From Candidatus Methylomirabilis oxygeniifera (lineage in GTDB: Bacteria > Methylomirabilota > Methylomirabilia > Methylomirabilales > Methylomirabilaceae), in assembly GCA_000091165.1 (NCBI GenBank), contig FP565575.1, positions 90,001 to 122,000 on the forward strand: a stretch of 32,000 nucleotides of DNA, given 5' to 3'. Shown here in pieces: positions 6,644 to 14,684 of this stretch. Position 1 is the stretch's first letter, and each line of letters begins with the position of its first letter. The position numbers and the translations under genes are program-made. Below the pieces are notes generated by a model, which saw only the letters and a program-made list of their open reading frames with translations, was not told the DNA's origin and did no database searches.

Positions 6644-8449
6644 ATGCGATTGCACATGAGGGGCGCGAGAGGCATGCTGCTTGTCGGTGGTATGCTTCTC
6701 CACTTAACTATGACATCGTCCGTGGCCTCTGCCAACGAAGAGCTCATCCGACTTGCCAAGGATGAACGCAACTGGGTGATGCAGACGAAGGACTACACCG
6801 TCCAACGATTCAGTAAGCTGGACCAGATCGATACGAGCAACGTCAAAAACTTGCAGCCGGCCTGGTCTTTCTCCACCGGCGTCCTCCACGGCCACGAGGG
6901 GGGTCCGCTCGTCGTCAACGGGATCATGTATGTCCATAGCGCATACCCTAACAACGTCTACGCGATCGATCTGGAGCATCCGGAAAAGATCATGTGGGAG
7001 TATCGGCCGAAGCAGAACCCGGCGGCTAGGGCGGTCGCGTGCTGCGATCTGGTCAACCGGGGACTGGCGTACGGTGACGGCAAGCTCATCCTGAGCACCC
7101 TGGATGGCCAGCTCATCGCTATGGACGCCAAGACCGGCAAAGTGATCTGGAATGTCGAGACGGCAGATGTCTCCGTCGGCCAGACGCAAACGCAGGCCCC
7201 CTTTGTCGTCAAGGATAAGGTGATTATCGGCTCCGCCGGCGCCGAACTCGGCGTGCGCGGCTACGTTACCGCCTTCAACCTCAAGGACGGCAAGAAGGTA
7301 TGGCGGGCCTTCGCCACCGGTCCGGACAAGGACATCCTCCTCGACAAGGATTTCAACAAGCAGAATCCCCATTACGGCCGATTCGGTCTTGGTCTCAAGA
7401 CCTGGGAGGGAGATGCCTGGAAGATCGGCGGCGGGACTAACTGGGGGTGGTATGCCTATGATCCGAAACTCGATCTGATCTATTACGGCTCCGGCAATCC
7501 GGCCCCGTGGAATGAAACGATGCGCCCTGGCGACAATAAGTGGACGATGACCATGTGGGGTCGCAATCCGGACACCGGCCTGGCCAAGTATGGCTATCAG
7601 AAGACCCCACACGATGAGTGGGACTACGCCGGTATCAACTACATGATGCTGACGGATCAGGTCATTAATGGCAAGATGACCCCCCTTGTCACTCACCCGG
7701 ATCGCAACGGGATCATCTATACCCTAAACCGGGAGACTGGAAGCCTGGTGGCCGCTGACAAGATCGATCCCAGCGTGAACTGGACGAGAAAGGTCGATCT
7801 GAAGACGGGCATAGCGATCCGGGACCCTGAATTCAGCACCCGGATGGATCATAAGGCGCGCGGCATCTGCCCCTCTGCTATGGGATATCACAACCAGGGT
7901 CTCGACTCCTACGATCCGCGCTCAGAGATCTTCTTCATGGGCGTCAATCACATCTGCATGGACTGGGAGCCGTTCATGCTTCCATATCGGGCAGGGCAGT
8001 TCTTCGTCGGCGCGACGCTGAGCATGTACCCCGGGCCTAAGGGGTATCTGGGGGAGGTCAAGGCCTATGATGTCAAGACCAACTCCATGAAGTGGGAGAA
8101 GGCTGAGAAGTTCTCCGTCTGGGGCGGCACCATGGCCACCGCCGGCAATCTCGTCTTCTACGGCACGCTTGACGGGTGGTTTAAGGCGCTCGATTCCGGT
8201 AGCGGTGAGGAGCTGTGGAAATTCAAGTTGCCCTCCGGTGTTATCGGCCATCCGATCACGTATGAGCACAACGGTAAGCAGTATGTCGCCATCTTGTATG
8301 GGGTTGGCGGCTGGCCTGGCGTCGGGCTTGTCTTTGACCTGAATGACCCCACCGCCGGCCTCGGCTCAGTCGGCGCCTTCAAGGAGTTGGCAAAATACAC
8401 CAAGATGGGCGGTGGACTCATGGTCTTTGCGCTTCCAGAGGGTCGTTGA
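6644..8449 (+). CDS. mxaF: PQQ-dependent methanol dehydrogenase large subunit, Ca-type (MxaF)
   Basis: Signal peptide [30 protein letters not shown], and GGGGGAGGAG SD before ATG 6644. Vicinal Cys pair [11 protein letters not shown]. Active-site [10 protein letters not shown] (D-Y-A at 7622-7630), which lacks the extra lanthanide-binding Asp. It is followed by mxaJGI. An in-frame ATG with its own SD exists at 6533. Confidence 0.93.
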   Translation: MRLHMRGARGMLLVGGMLLHLTMTSSVASANEELIRLAKDERNWVMQTKDYTVQRFSKLDQIDTSNVKNLQPAWSFSTGVLHGHEGGPLVVNGIMYVHSAYPNNVYAIDLEHPEKIMWEYRPKQNPAARAVACCDLVNRGLAYGDGKLILSTLDGQLIAMDAKTGKVIWNVETADVSVGQTQTQAPFVVKDKVIIGSAGAELGVRGYVTAFNLKDGKKVWRAFATGPDKDILLDKDFNKQNPHYGRFGLGLKTWEGDAWKIGGGTNWGWYAYDPKLDLIYYGSGNPAPWNETMRPGDNKWTMTMWGRNPDTGLAKYGYQKTPHDEWDYAGINYMMLTDQVINGKMTPLVTHPDRNGIIYTLNRETGSLVAADKIDPSVNWTRKVDLKTGIAIRDPEFSTRMDHKARGICPSAMGYHNQGLDSYDPRSEIFFMGVNHICMDWEPFMLPYRAGQFFVGATLSMYPGPKGYLGEVKAYDVKTNSMKWEKAEKFSVWGGTMATAGNLVFYGTLDGWFKALDSGSGEELWKFKLPSGVIGHPITYEHNGKQYVAILYGVGGWPGVGLVFDLNDPTAGLGSVGAFKELAKYTKMGGGLMVFALPEGR

Positions 8450-9342
8450 TGAGGCGAGGATTAGCGCTCCTATTCGCGACCATTACGGTCGGCCCTGCGG
8501 GTTGGCTCGCCTCATCGCCGCCCGCAGGGGCCGATCAAACGACCGCGATCTCGGCGCCGCTCAAGGTCTGCTCCGCGGCTGATGAGCTGCCCTACTCCAA
8601 CGAGAAGCTCGAGGGGTTTGAGAACCGGATCGCAGTCGTCATCGGGGAGGAGTTGCGACGTCCTATCGAGCATGTCTGGTGGAAGGATCCGCGGTTTTAC
8701 ATCCGTGATCTGCTCGAAGCTGGCGCCTGTGACATCACTATAGGGATCGATGCGGGAAATCCACGAGTATTGAGCAGTCAGCCGTACTACCGCTCCGGCT
8801 ATGTTTTCATCTACCGCAAGGACAAAGGGATATCGATCTCCGACTGGAACAGCCCAATCCTGAAGACCGCCACCATTGCGGTTGTTCCCGGAACCCCAGC
8901 AGAAACGATGTTGAAGCAGATCGATCGATATTACGAGCTTTTTAACTACCTGATGTCCCTTGTCGACTACAAATCACGGCGTAACCAGTATGTGAAGTAC
9001 GATCCTGCCCGGCTCGTACAGGAGGTCATCTCGGGACGAGCCGATGTGGCGGTCCTCTGGGGCCCTTCGGCCGCCAGGTATGTCAGGCAGTCCTCTATCC
9101 CGCTCGAGATGGTAATGATTCCTGATCGTGCGACCAGAACCGATGGTGAGCCGGTTCCTCATCATTATGATACATCGCTCGGCGTCAGAAAGGAGGATCA
9201 GGGGTTGCTCAACCAACTGAATGACGCCCTTGTTCGGCGCCGTGGCGAGATTGAGACGATCCTCAAGGCAGAAGGGATTCCGGCGTTGCCGCTGACGTCG
9301 AATCGCCTTACCGCCGCCGAGGGAGGAGTAGCGCAACGATGA
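8449..9342 (+). CDS. mxaJ: MxaJ, periplasmic solute-binding-like MDH accessory protein
   Basis: The ATG overlaps the mxaF TGA (TGATG). Signal peptide, then LKVCSAADELPYSNEKLEGFENRIA...YYRSGYVFIYRK, homologous to the N-terminal domain of the gene at 19814. Position is as in canonical mxaFJGI. Confidence 0.85.
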   Translation: MRRGLALLFATITVGPAGWLASSPPAGADQTTAISAPLKVCSAADELPYSNEKLEGFENRIAVVIGEELRRPIEHVWWKDPRFYIRDLLEAGACDITIGIDAGNPRVLSSQPYYRSGYVFIYRKDKGISISDWNSPILKTATIAVVPGTPAETMLKQIDRYYELFNYLMSLVDYKSRRNQYVKYDPARLVQEVISGRADVAVLWGPSAARYVRQSSIPLEMVMIPDRATRTDGEPVPHHYDTSLGVRKEDQGLLNQLNDALVRRRGEIETILKAEGIPALPLTSNRLTAAEGGVAQR

Positions 9343-9842
9343 GCCGCCTGATTTCGTCAGCTGTCTCGCGCATTCTCGTCGCGCTGATTCTGTTCAGCCT
9401 GACGGGGTGTTCAGGGACGACGGCCGTGGCTGTGGCAGAGCCGCCGATCATGCGAAACAATATTACCGGCGAGCCGCTCGAGTTCTCGGGACTCAATGAG
9501 ACTGAGACACCGGCGGTCAAACAATTCAAAGCCACCGGCAAGAATCCGTATAACACTGATCGTGAGGCCATCGCTAAGGGGGGCGCGGTATACCTGACCG
9601 CCTGCTCGGCCTGCCACGGTCACCATGCGGAGGGCAAAATTGCACCCGCTCTTATTGACGATTATTGGACCTACCCGATGAATACGACCGATATCGGGCT
9701 CTTTTCGAGTACCTACGCCGGGCTTCAAGGAATGATGGGTCCGTCCAAGGGGCGCCTGACACAGGATGAGATCCTTCAACTCATGGCCTGGATCAGGAGT
9801 AACTATAAAGGAGACCCAGCAAAGGCGGAATGGAACCATTGA
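9339..9842 (+). CDS. mxaG: Cytochrome c-L (MxaG), electron acceptor of MDH; predicted lipoprotein
   Basis: ATGA overlap with mxaJ, and GAGGGAGGAG SD. Single heme motif CSACHGHHAEGKIAPALIDDYWTYP, typical of cytochrome cL. N-terminus ILVALILFSLTGC has a lipobox-like L-T-G-C. Confidence 0.85.
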   Translation: MSRLISSAVSRILVALILFSLTGCSGTTAVAVAEPPIMRNNITGEPLEFSGLNETETPAVKQFKATGKNPYNTDREAIAKGGAVYLTACSACHGHHAEGKIAPALIDDYWTYPMNTTDIGLFSSTYAGLQGMMGPSKGRLTQDEILQLMAWIRSNYKGDPAKAEWNH

Positions 9843-9877
9843 GGCCACACAACAACCCTTATCATAGGAGAACTTTC

Positions 9878-10162
9878 ATGGCAGCACAACGAATCGGTTT
9901 GCGTCTTTCGATCGGGCTCAGCCTTTTGGCCGCTGCATCATCGGCTGTTGCCTACGATGGGACAAAATGCAAAGAGCCCGGAGCATGCTGGGAGCCCAAG
10001 CCGGGCTATCCGGCGAGGGTTGCCGGAAGCAAGTATGATCCCAAGCATGATCCCAAGGAGGTGGCGAAACAGGAACTGGCCCACAAGGCGATGGATGAAA
10101 GGAACGAGAAACGCTGGAAGCATTTTCAAGAGACGGGTGTCTGGAAGTACGATGTGAAGTAG
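9878..10162 (+). CDS. mxaI: Methanol dehydrogenase small (beta) subunit MxaI
   Basis: After a signal peptide (…AAASSAVA), YDGTKCKEPGACWEPKPGYPARVAGSKYDPKHDP...MDERNEKRW matches the very conserved MxaI core (YDGT.CK.PG.CWEPKP.YP..V.GSKYDP.HDP). AGGAGA SD lies before ATG 9878. Confidence 0.9.
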   Translation: MAAQRIGLRLSIGLSLLAAASSAVAYDGTKCKEPGACWEPKPGYPARVAGSKYDPKHDPKEVAKQELAHKAMDERNEKRWKHFQETGVWKYDVK

Positions 10163-10185
10163 CTCGACTGCAAAGAGGTTGATTT

Positions 10186-10228
10186 GAGGGATGGGGTACG
10201 GCCGTGTTCCCCATCCCTCTTTCACTTT
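10186..10228 (+). terminator. Intrinsic terminator/attenuator-like hairpin between mxaI and mxaR
   Basis: GAGGGATGGGG (10186-10196) and CCCCATCCCTC (10209-10219) form an 11-bp perfect stem with a 12-nt loop. A T-rich tail TTTCACTTT follows. Confidence 0.55.
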
Positions 10229-10242
10229 GACGTGGATATGCG

Positions 10243-11262
10243 ATGTCAGACGAAACGCTACTGGCTGACTGGGCGGGATATGCCAGGAATCTCGAGGCGG
10301 CACTGCACCGATGCATTCTGGGATTGGATCGTCCGATCAGGCTGATCCTGGCAGCGGTCTTTGCGCGGGGCCATGTTATGCTGGAGGGTGATGTCGGCGT
10401 GGGGAAGACGACGCTGCTCCGCGCCGTGGCGAGGGGTCTTGGCGGTGCCTTCGAGCGGATCGAAGGCACCATCGACCTGATGCCCACCGATCTCATCTAC
10501 TACAGCCATGTCGACTGGGATGGCCGACCCCGCATCGATCCAGGATGTCTCCTGAAGCACGGTGAAGAGCTCTCGATCTTCTTTTTCAACGAGGTCAACC
10601 GAGCGCGACCACAGGTTCACTCTCTGCTGCTTCGGATCATGGCCGAGCGTTCGGTGACCGCTTTCAATCGAGAGTATCGGTTCCCTCACCTGCTGGTCTT
10701 TGCCGACCGGAATCGGCTGGAAAAGGAGGAGACGTTCGAGATCCCTTCGGCCGCGCGGGATCGTTTCTTGATGGAGCTGTCGATCGAGATCCCGGAGGAT
10801 CCATCTATCCTGCGATCACTCATGATCGAGCCGAGATTCCACGATATCGAGACTCTCATTGAAGCAATCCCGCCGGCCATCGTCCCGTTCCGACAGCTTT
10901 ACGAAGTCTCTGCCGTGATCCAGCGGACCATTCATGTCAGTCCCGACCTCGAGCGCTATGCGCTTGAGCTGTGGTGTGCGACACGCGATCCGGGCGCATA
11001 CGGGATCAGGCTTGAGGGGGTCGAGATGGACCGGCTGCTGCTCGCGGGCGCAAGCCCGCGCGGGATGAGCATGATGCTGCGCGCAGCCCGCGTGATGGCC
11101 TGGCTTTTCGACCGTTCGATGGTGGTGCCGGAGGATATACAGGAAGTCTTCATCGAAACCGTGGCCCACCGCCTCTGTTTTCAGCCGATCTATGAGATCC
11201 GGCGATCACAACTTGCACGCGAACTGCTCTCGAAGATCATCCGGACGATTGCAGCTCCATGA
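10243..11262 (+). CDS. mxaR: MoxR-type AAA+ ATPase MxaR
   Basis: 339 aa. Walker A GDVGVGKTT, Walker B-like IFFFNEVNRA, and a MoxR-like C-terminal region. Position is as in mxaRSACKL. Confidence 0.9.
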   Translation: MSDETLLADWAGYARNLEAALHRCILGLDRPIRLILAAVFARGHVMLEGDVGVGKTTLLRAVARGLGGAFERIEGTIDLMPTDLIYYSHVDWDGRPRIDPGCLLKHGEELSIFFFNEVNRARPQVHSLLLRIMAERSVTAFNREYRFPHLLVFADRNRLEKEETFEIPSAARDRFLMELSIEIPEDPSILRSLMIEPRFHDIETLIEAIPPAIVPFRQLYEVSAVIQRTIHVSPDLERYALELWCATRDPGAYGIRLEGVEMDRLLLAGASPRGMSMMLRAARVMAWLFDRSMVVPEDIQEVFIETVAHRLCFQPIYEIRRSQLARELLSKIIRTIAAP

Positions 11263-12146
11263 AACCGATGACGTCCGGCCCAGCCTCGACGCCGCCGATC
11301 GAGATCGGAGAGTTTCACTATCGGCTTCGGTGGCGTACTCGAGGCGCCCGCCCGGGCTGTCATCCAAGCCGGCAACCCGGCGGAGGTGTTGAGTTTCGCG
11401 GCCACGCGTCCATCCTGCACCACCCCGACCCGAGACGTCTCGATGTCCGTGCAACGCTGCGGGACCCTCATCATGAACTGCTGGTTCGGATCTTCCAGCA
11501 AAGGAGCGCCATCCCGGTCTACGTCGTTGCCGATCTCACCACCTCCATGCGGTTTCGCGGCGGTTTAGACAAGTGGCTCAACCTTATCGGTTTCTGCGCC
11601 TCGGTGGCCCATTCCTGCCGTCGAACCGGCGATCTGTTCGGTTTTATCGGATGGGACACGAGGGTCAGACGCGACCTGCTTCTCCCTGCCGGTTATGCGG
11701 GCACGGCGTCGGAGACCCTGATTCGGCGCCTGCTGGAATACCGTGGTGGCGGCGCCGGAATCCAGGGACTGTGCGAGGCGGGAGAGTTTCTCCCTCGCGC
11801 CCGTTCGCTTGTCTTCCTGGTCTCCGATTTCCATGTGTCCCTGCATGAGCTCGACAGGACCCTCTCACCGCTGGCCCGCCACGACATGGTTCCGGTCGTG
11901 CTGTGGGATCGCAGCGAGCTCGAGAACCTGCCACCGCGCGGTCTGGTCAGGGTTCGCGATCTCGAGAACGGGCGCGAGCGTCTGCTCTGGATGCGACCGG
12001 TGTTGCGCGACGCCTGTCGGGAGGCGCTGGAGCACCGGCGGGAGGCCCTGAGGCGCACCTTCCTCCGCTACGGCAGACCTCCGTTCTTTGTGTACGATCG
12101 TTTCGATCCGGATGACCTGACGCGTTATTTTCTCGAAACCTCATAG
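11259..12146 (+). CDS. mxaS: DUF58-family protein MxaS
   Basis: ATGA overlap with mxaR. vWA-like core VYVVADLTTSMRF...LVFLVSDF, typical of DUF58 partners of MoxR ATPases. Call supported by synteny. Confidence 0.8.
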   Translation: MKPMTSGPASTPPIEIGEFHYRLRWRTRGARPGCHPSRQPGGGVEFRGHASILHHPDPRRLDVRATLRDPHHELLVRIFQQRSAIPVYVVADLTTSMRFRGGLDKWLNLIGFCASVAHSCRRTGDLFGFIGWDTRVRRDLLLPAGYAGTASETLIRRLLEYRGGGAGIQGLCEAGEFLPRARSLVFLVSDFHVSLHELDRTLSPLARHDMVPVVLWDRSELENLPPRGLVRVRDLENGRERLLWMRPVLRDACREALEHRREALRRTFLRYGRPPFFVYDRFDPDDLTRYFLETS

Positions 12147-12171
12147 CCGTTCGGATGTATGGATAAGACGC

Positions 12172-13125
12172 ATGATCAAGGTGCCTTTCGTTATCCTCCT
12201 GTTCTCGCCGATGCTCATGCTCGCGCTGCCGTTCACCTCCGTCGCACACTCAGACCCCTCTCCGCAGAACGGTCCGATCGTCCGTTTGGAGTTTGATACC
12301 TTTCACCCTTTCGGAATCATGATCGGCGACATCGTCACCCATACCGCCCGCATCGAGGTAAGGCAACCTTTTCAACTGCAACGGAGTTCGCTCCCGATCA
12401 AAGGGCCCCTGGCCCGTTGGCTCGATCTGAGGGACCTGACCGTTCACGAACAACGAACGGGGGCCGACATCCTCTATTCCCTGTCGGTGTCGTACCAGGT
12501 CTTTCGAGGCGTCATGGAGGTCAGGCCGCTTGCCATACCACCCATCCCGCTCAGGTTTCAGGCCGGCAACGAGACGATCACCTTTTCGATCCCCGAGTGG
12601 CGCTTTACCGCCTCGCCGATTCTTCCGATCCTCCTCGGGAGGACGGATCGAGGGATCCGTCCTCTTCCCGAGCGTAAGCCTGAAGAGCTTGACCTGACCG
12701 CTTACTCGATTCGTCTGAGCGCCCTCGCGGTCGGTTCCGGCCTCTCGCTGCTCACGCTCGCCTACAGTCTTGGGATGGCCTCGTTTCTGCCGCGCGGGCG
12801 GGGTCCTTTTGCCCGCTGTCTCAAACACCTCAAACGGCTGCACCGTACCGACGCCGATCCCGAGCAGTACCGGGAGGCGTTCCGCTGCCTGCATCGCGCC
12901 CTCAACGAGGCGAATGGGCGTGTCCTCTTCATTGAAGGGCTCCGGGAATTCACAGAACGGCATCCTGCCTTCAAGGGTCTGCGCGATGAGATCGAGATCT
13001 TCTTCGCCCACTCCCGCCAACTCTTTTTCGACGTCCACCCGCAGGCCGCGGCGGGCCGCTATCCTCTTTCCCGCCTGATCACGCTGTGCCGTCTGTGCCG
13101 GGACGCCGAACGGGGGATCTGGTGA
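12172..13125 (+). CDS. mxaA: MxaA-like protein (MDH maturation / Ca insertion)
   Basis: 317 aa with a signal peptide and a late TM segment (LSALAVGSGLSLLTLAYSL). The call is based mainly on position between mxaS and mxaC. I recognise no diagnostic motif. Confidence 0.6.
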   Translation: MIKVPFVILLFSPMLMLALPFTSVAHSDPSPQNGPIVRLEFDTFHPFGIMIGDIVTHTARIEVRQPFQLQRSSLPIKGPLARWLDLRDLTVHEQRTGADILYSLSVSYQVFRGVMEVRPLAIPPIPLRFQAGNETITFSIPEWRFTASPILPILLGRTDRGIRPLPERKPEELDLTAYSIRLSALAVGSGLSLLTLAYSLGMASFLPRGRGPFARCLKHLKRLHRTDADPEQYREAFRCLHRALNEANGRVLFIEGLREFTERHPAFKGLRDEIEIFFAHSRQLFFDVHPQAAAGRYPLSRLITLCRLCRDAERGIW

Positions 13126-14108
13126 ACCTCTCGGTCGATTCCCCATACCTGCTCTCTCTGGCCCTGTTGGCCCTCCTGCCGCTCTGGCTCCACGGCCATC
13201 GGCGGCTCTCTTACCCCTGGCTTTCTGTGATCCCACCGGATCCGATCTCCACGGTCATCGGGATCGGGATCCGGATTATGGCGGCGCTCGGTATTCTGGC
13301 CCTGACGCTTGGGATAGCCGGTCTGCATCTCGAAGGAGAAACGATCGAGCGGATCGGACAGGGGACCCAGATCGTACTGGTTCTGGACAAGAGCAGCAGC
13401 ATGGATCAGACCTTTGCAGGACGCTCCGCCACCGGCAGCGGCCAGGAATCGAAGGGGCGGGCCGCGCGACGTCTTCTGGCAGCGTTCGTGTCCCGACGTC
13501 CCACTGACCTCTTTAGTATGGTAGTCTTCAGCACAGCCCCCATCCTGGTCCTGCCGTTTAATCACTCCGCTGAGGCGATCCAGGCCGCGATCCGCGCGGC
13601 AGAGAGCCCCGGACTCGCCTTTACCAACGTGGGCAGGGCACTCGGATTAGCCCTCGACGGTTTCAAGGATCTTCCGCAGACCGGCGGCAGAATCCTGTTG
13701 TTGGTCTCGGACGGAGCCGCCAGGATCGACGACAGGACGCAGCAGCATCTCAGGACGCTATTTCAGCAGCACCGGGTTAACCTCCTCTGGATCTTCCTCC
13801 GGACTGAAGGCGGTCCAGGCATCTTTGATGAGCCGAAGGACCATTTAGAGGTCGATACGGTGCCTGAGTACGCGCTGCACCGCTACTTCCAGACGCTCGG
13901 GGTGCCGTACCATGCCTACCAGGCCGAAAGCGCCGAGGCGCTTGATCGGGCGATCCGCGATGTAGTGCTCCTTGCAAACCAGCCGATCCGCTATCAGGAG
14001 CAGATCCCTGGCGGAGATCTCTCAGGTCTCTGCTATGCCGTTGCTTCAACCCTCATTCTAGGTCTCGTGGCCGTCACCTGTTGTGAGGTGCGACGATGGC
14101 CGGGGTAG
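13122..14108 (+). CDS. mxaC: vWA-domain membrane protein MxaC (BatA-like)
   Basis: GTG 13122 overlaps the mxaA stop (GTGA), with GGGGGA 4 nt upstream. An alternative in-frame GTG lies at 13086. N-terminal TMs, MIDAS motif VLVLDKSSSMD, and C-terminal TM LCYAVASTLILGLVAV. Confidence 0.8.
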   Translation: MNLSVDSPYLLSLALLALLPLWLHGHRRLSYPWLSVIPPDPISTVIGIGIRIMAALGILALTLGIAGLHLEGETIERIGQGTQIVLVLDKSSSMDQTFAGRSATGSGQESKGRAARRLLAAFVSRRPTDLFSMVVFSTAPILVLPFNHSAEAIQAAIRAAESPGLAFTNVGRALGLALDGFKDLPQTGGRILLLVSDGAARIDDRTQQHLRTLFQQHRVNLLWIFLRTEGGPGIFDEPKDHLEVDTVPEYALHRYFQTLGVPYHAYQAESAEALDRAIRDVVLLANQPIRYQEQIPGGDLSGLCYAVASTLILGLVAVTCCEVRRWPG

Positions 14109-14662
14109 GCCGCAAGCGTCTTCCCTGGATCCTGGGAGCGGTCTGCCTCGTCCTGGTGATCTTCACTGTGCGAGAGGCTCAGCATTTGCGGCATTTGCAG
14201 GTGTATCAGCGGGCGATCCGGAACGGGTCCATTCTCACCCTTCCGGCAACTGCGGAGATTCCTGAGGCGACCTTTGCAAGGGCCTGGATGCTCAGTCAGA
14301 GCGGTCGGGAGCAGCAGGCCCTCATGCTGTACGAGGCTCTCGGACAGAGCCGAGATCCGGTCCTCCGGGCGCAAGCGAAGTATCAGATCGGGGCGCTCCT
14401 GCTCCGACAGGCCACCGACCTCCTGGAAGCACAAGGGCAATCGGCCGTCACAAAGGTTGCTCCACTGATTGAGATCGCCAAGGAAGCGCTTCGAGAGGTG
14501 TTGCGCCACGACAGTCGCGATCGGGAGGCCAAATACAATCTGGAACTGGCGCTCCGTTTACTTCCGGAGTTGGAACGGAGCGATCGCGCGCGCGACGAGC
14601 CGGCGAAGGAGGAAAAAGGCGATTGGACCTCTATTCCAGGTCTTCCCGAAGGAATGCCATGA
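14096..14662 (+). CDS. mxaK: MxaK-like TPR-type membrane protein (BatC-like)
   Basis: 188 aa, with GAGG SD. N-terminal TM LPWILGAVCLVLVIF followed by a helical repeat region (ALMLYEALGQSRDPVLRAQAKYQIGALLL). Call mostly by synteny. Confidence 0.6.
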   Translation: MAGVGRKRLPWILGAVCLVLVIFTVREAQHLRHLQVYQRAIRNGSILTLPATAEIPEATFARAWMLSQSGREQQALMLYEALGQSRDPVLRAQAKYQIGALLLRQATDLLEAQGQSAVTKVAPLIEIAKEALREVLRHDSRDREAKYNLELALRLLPELERSDRARDEPAKEEKGDWTSIPGLPEGMP

Positions 14663-14684
14663 TGAACGCGCCCGGAAGGATCGG

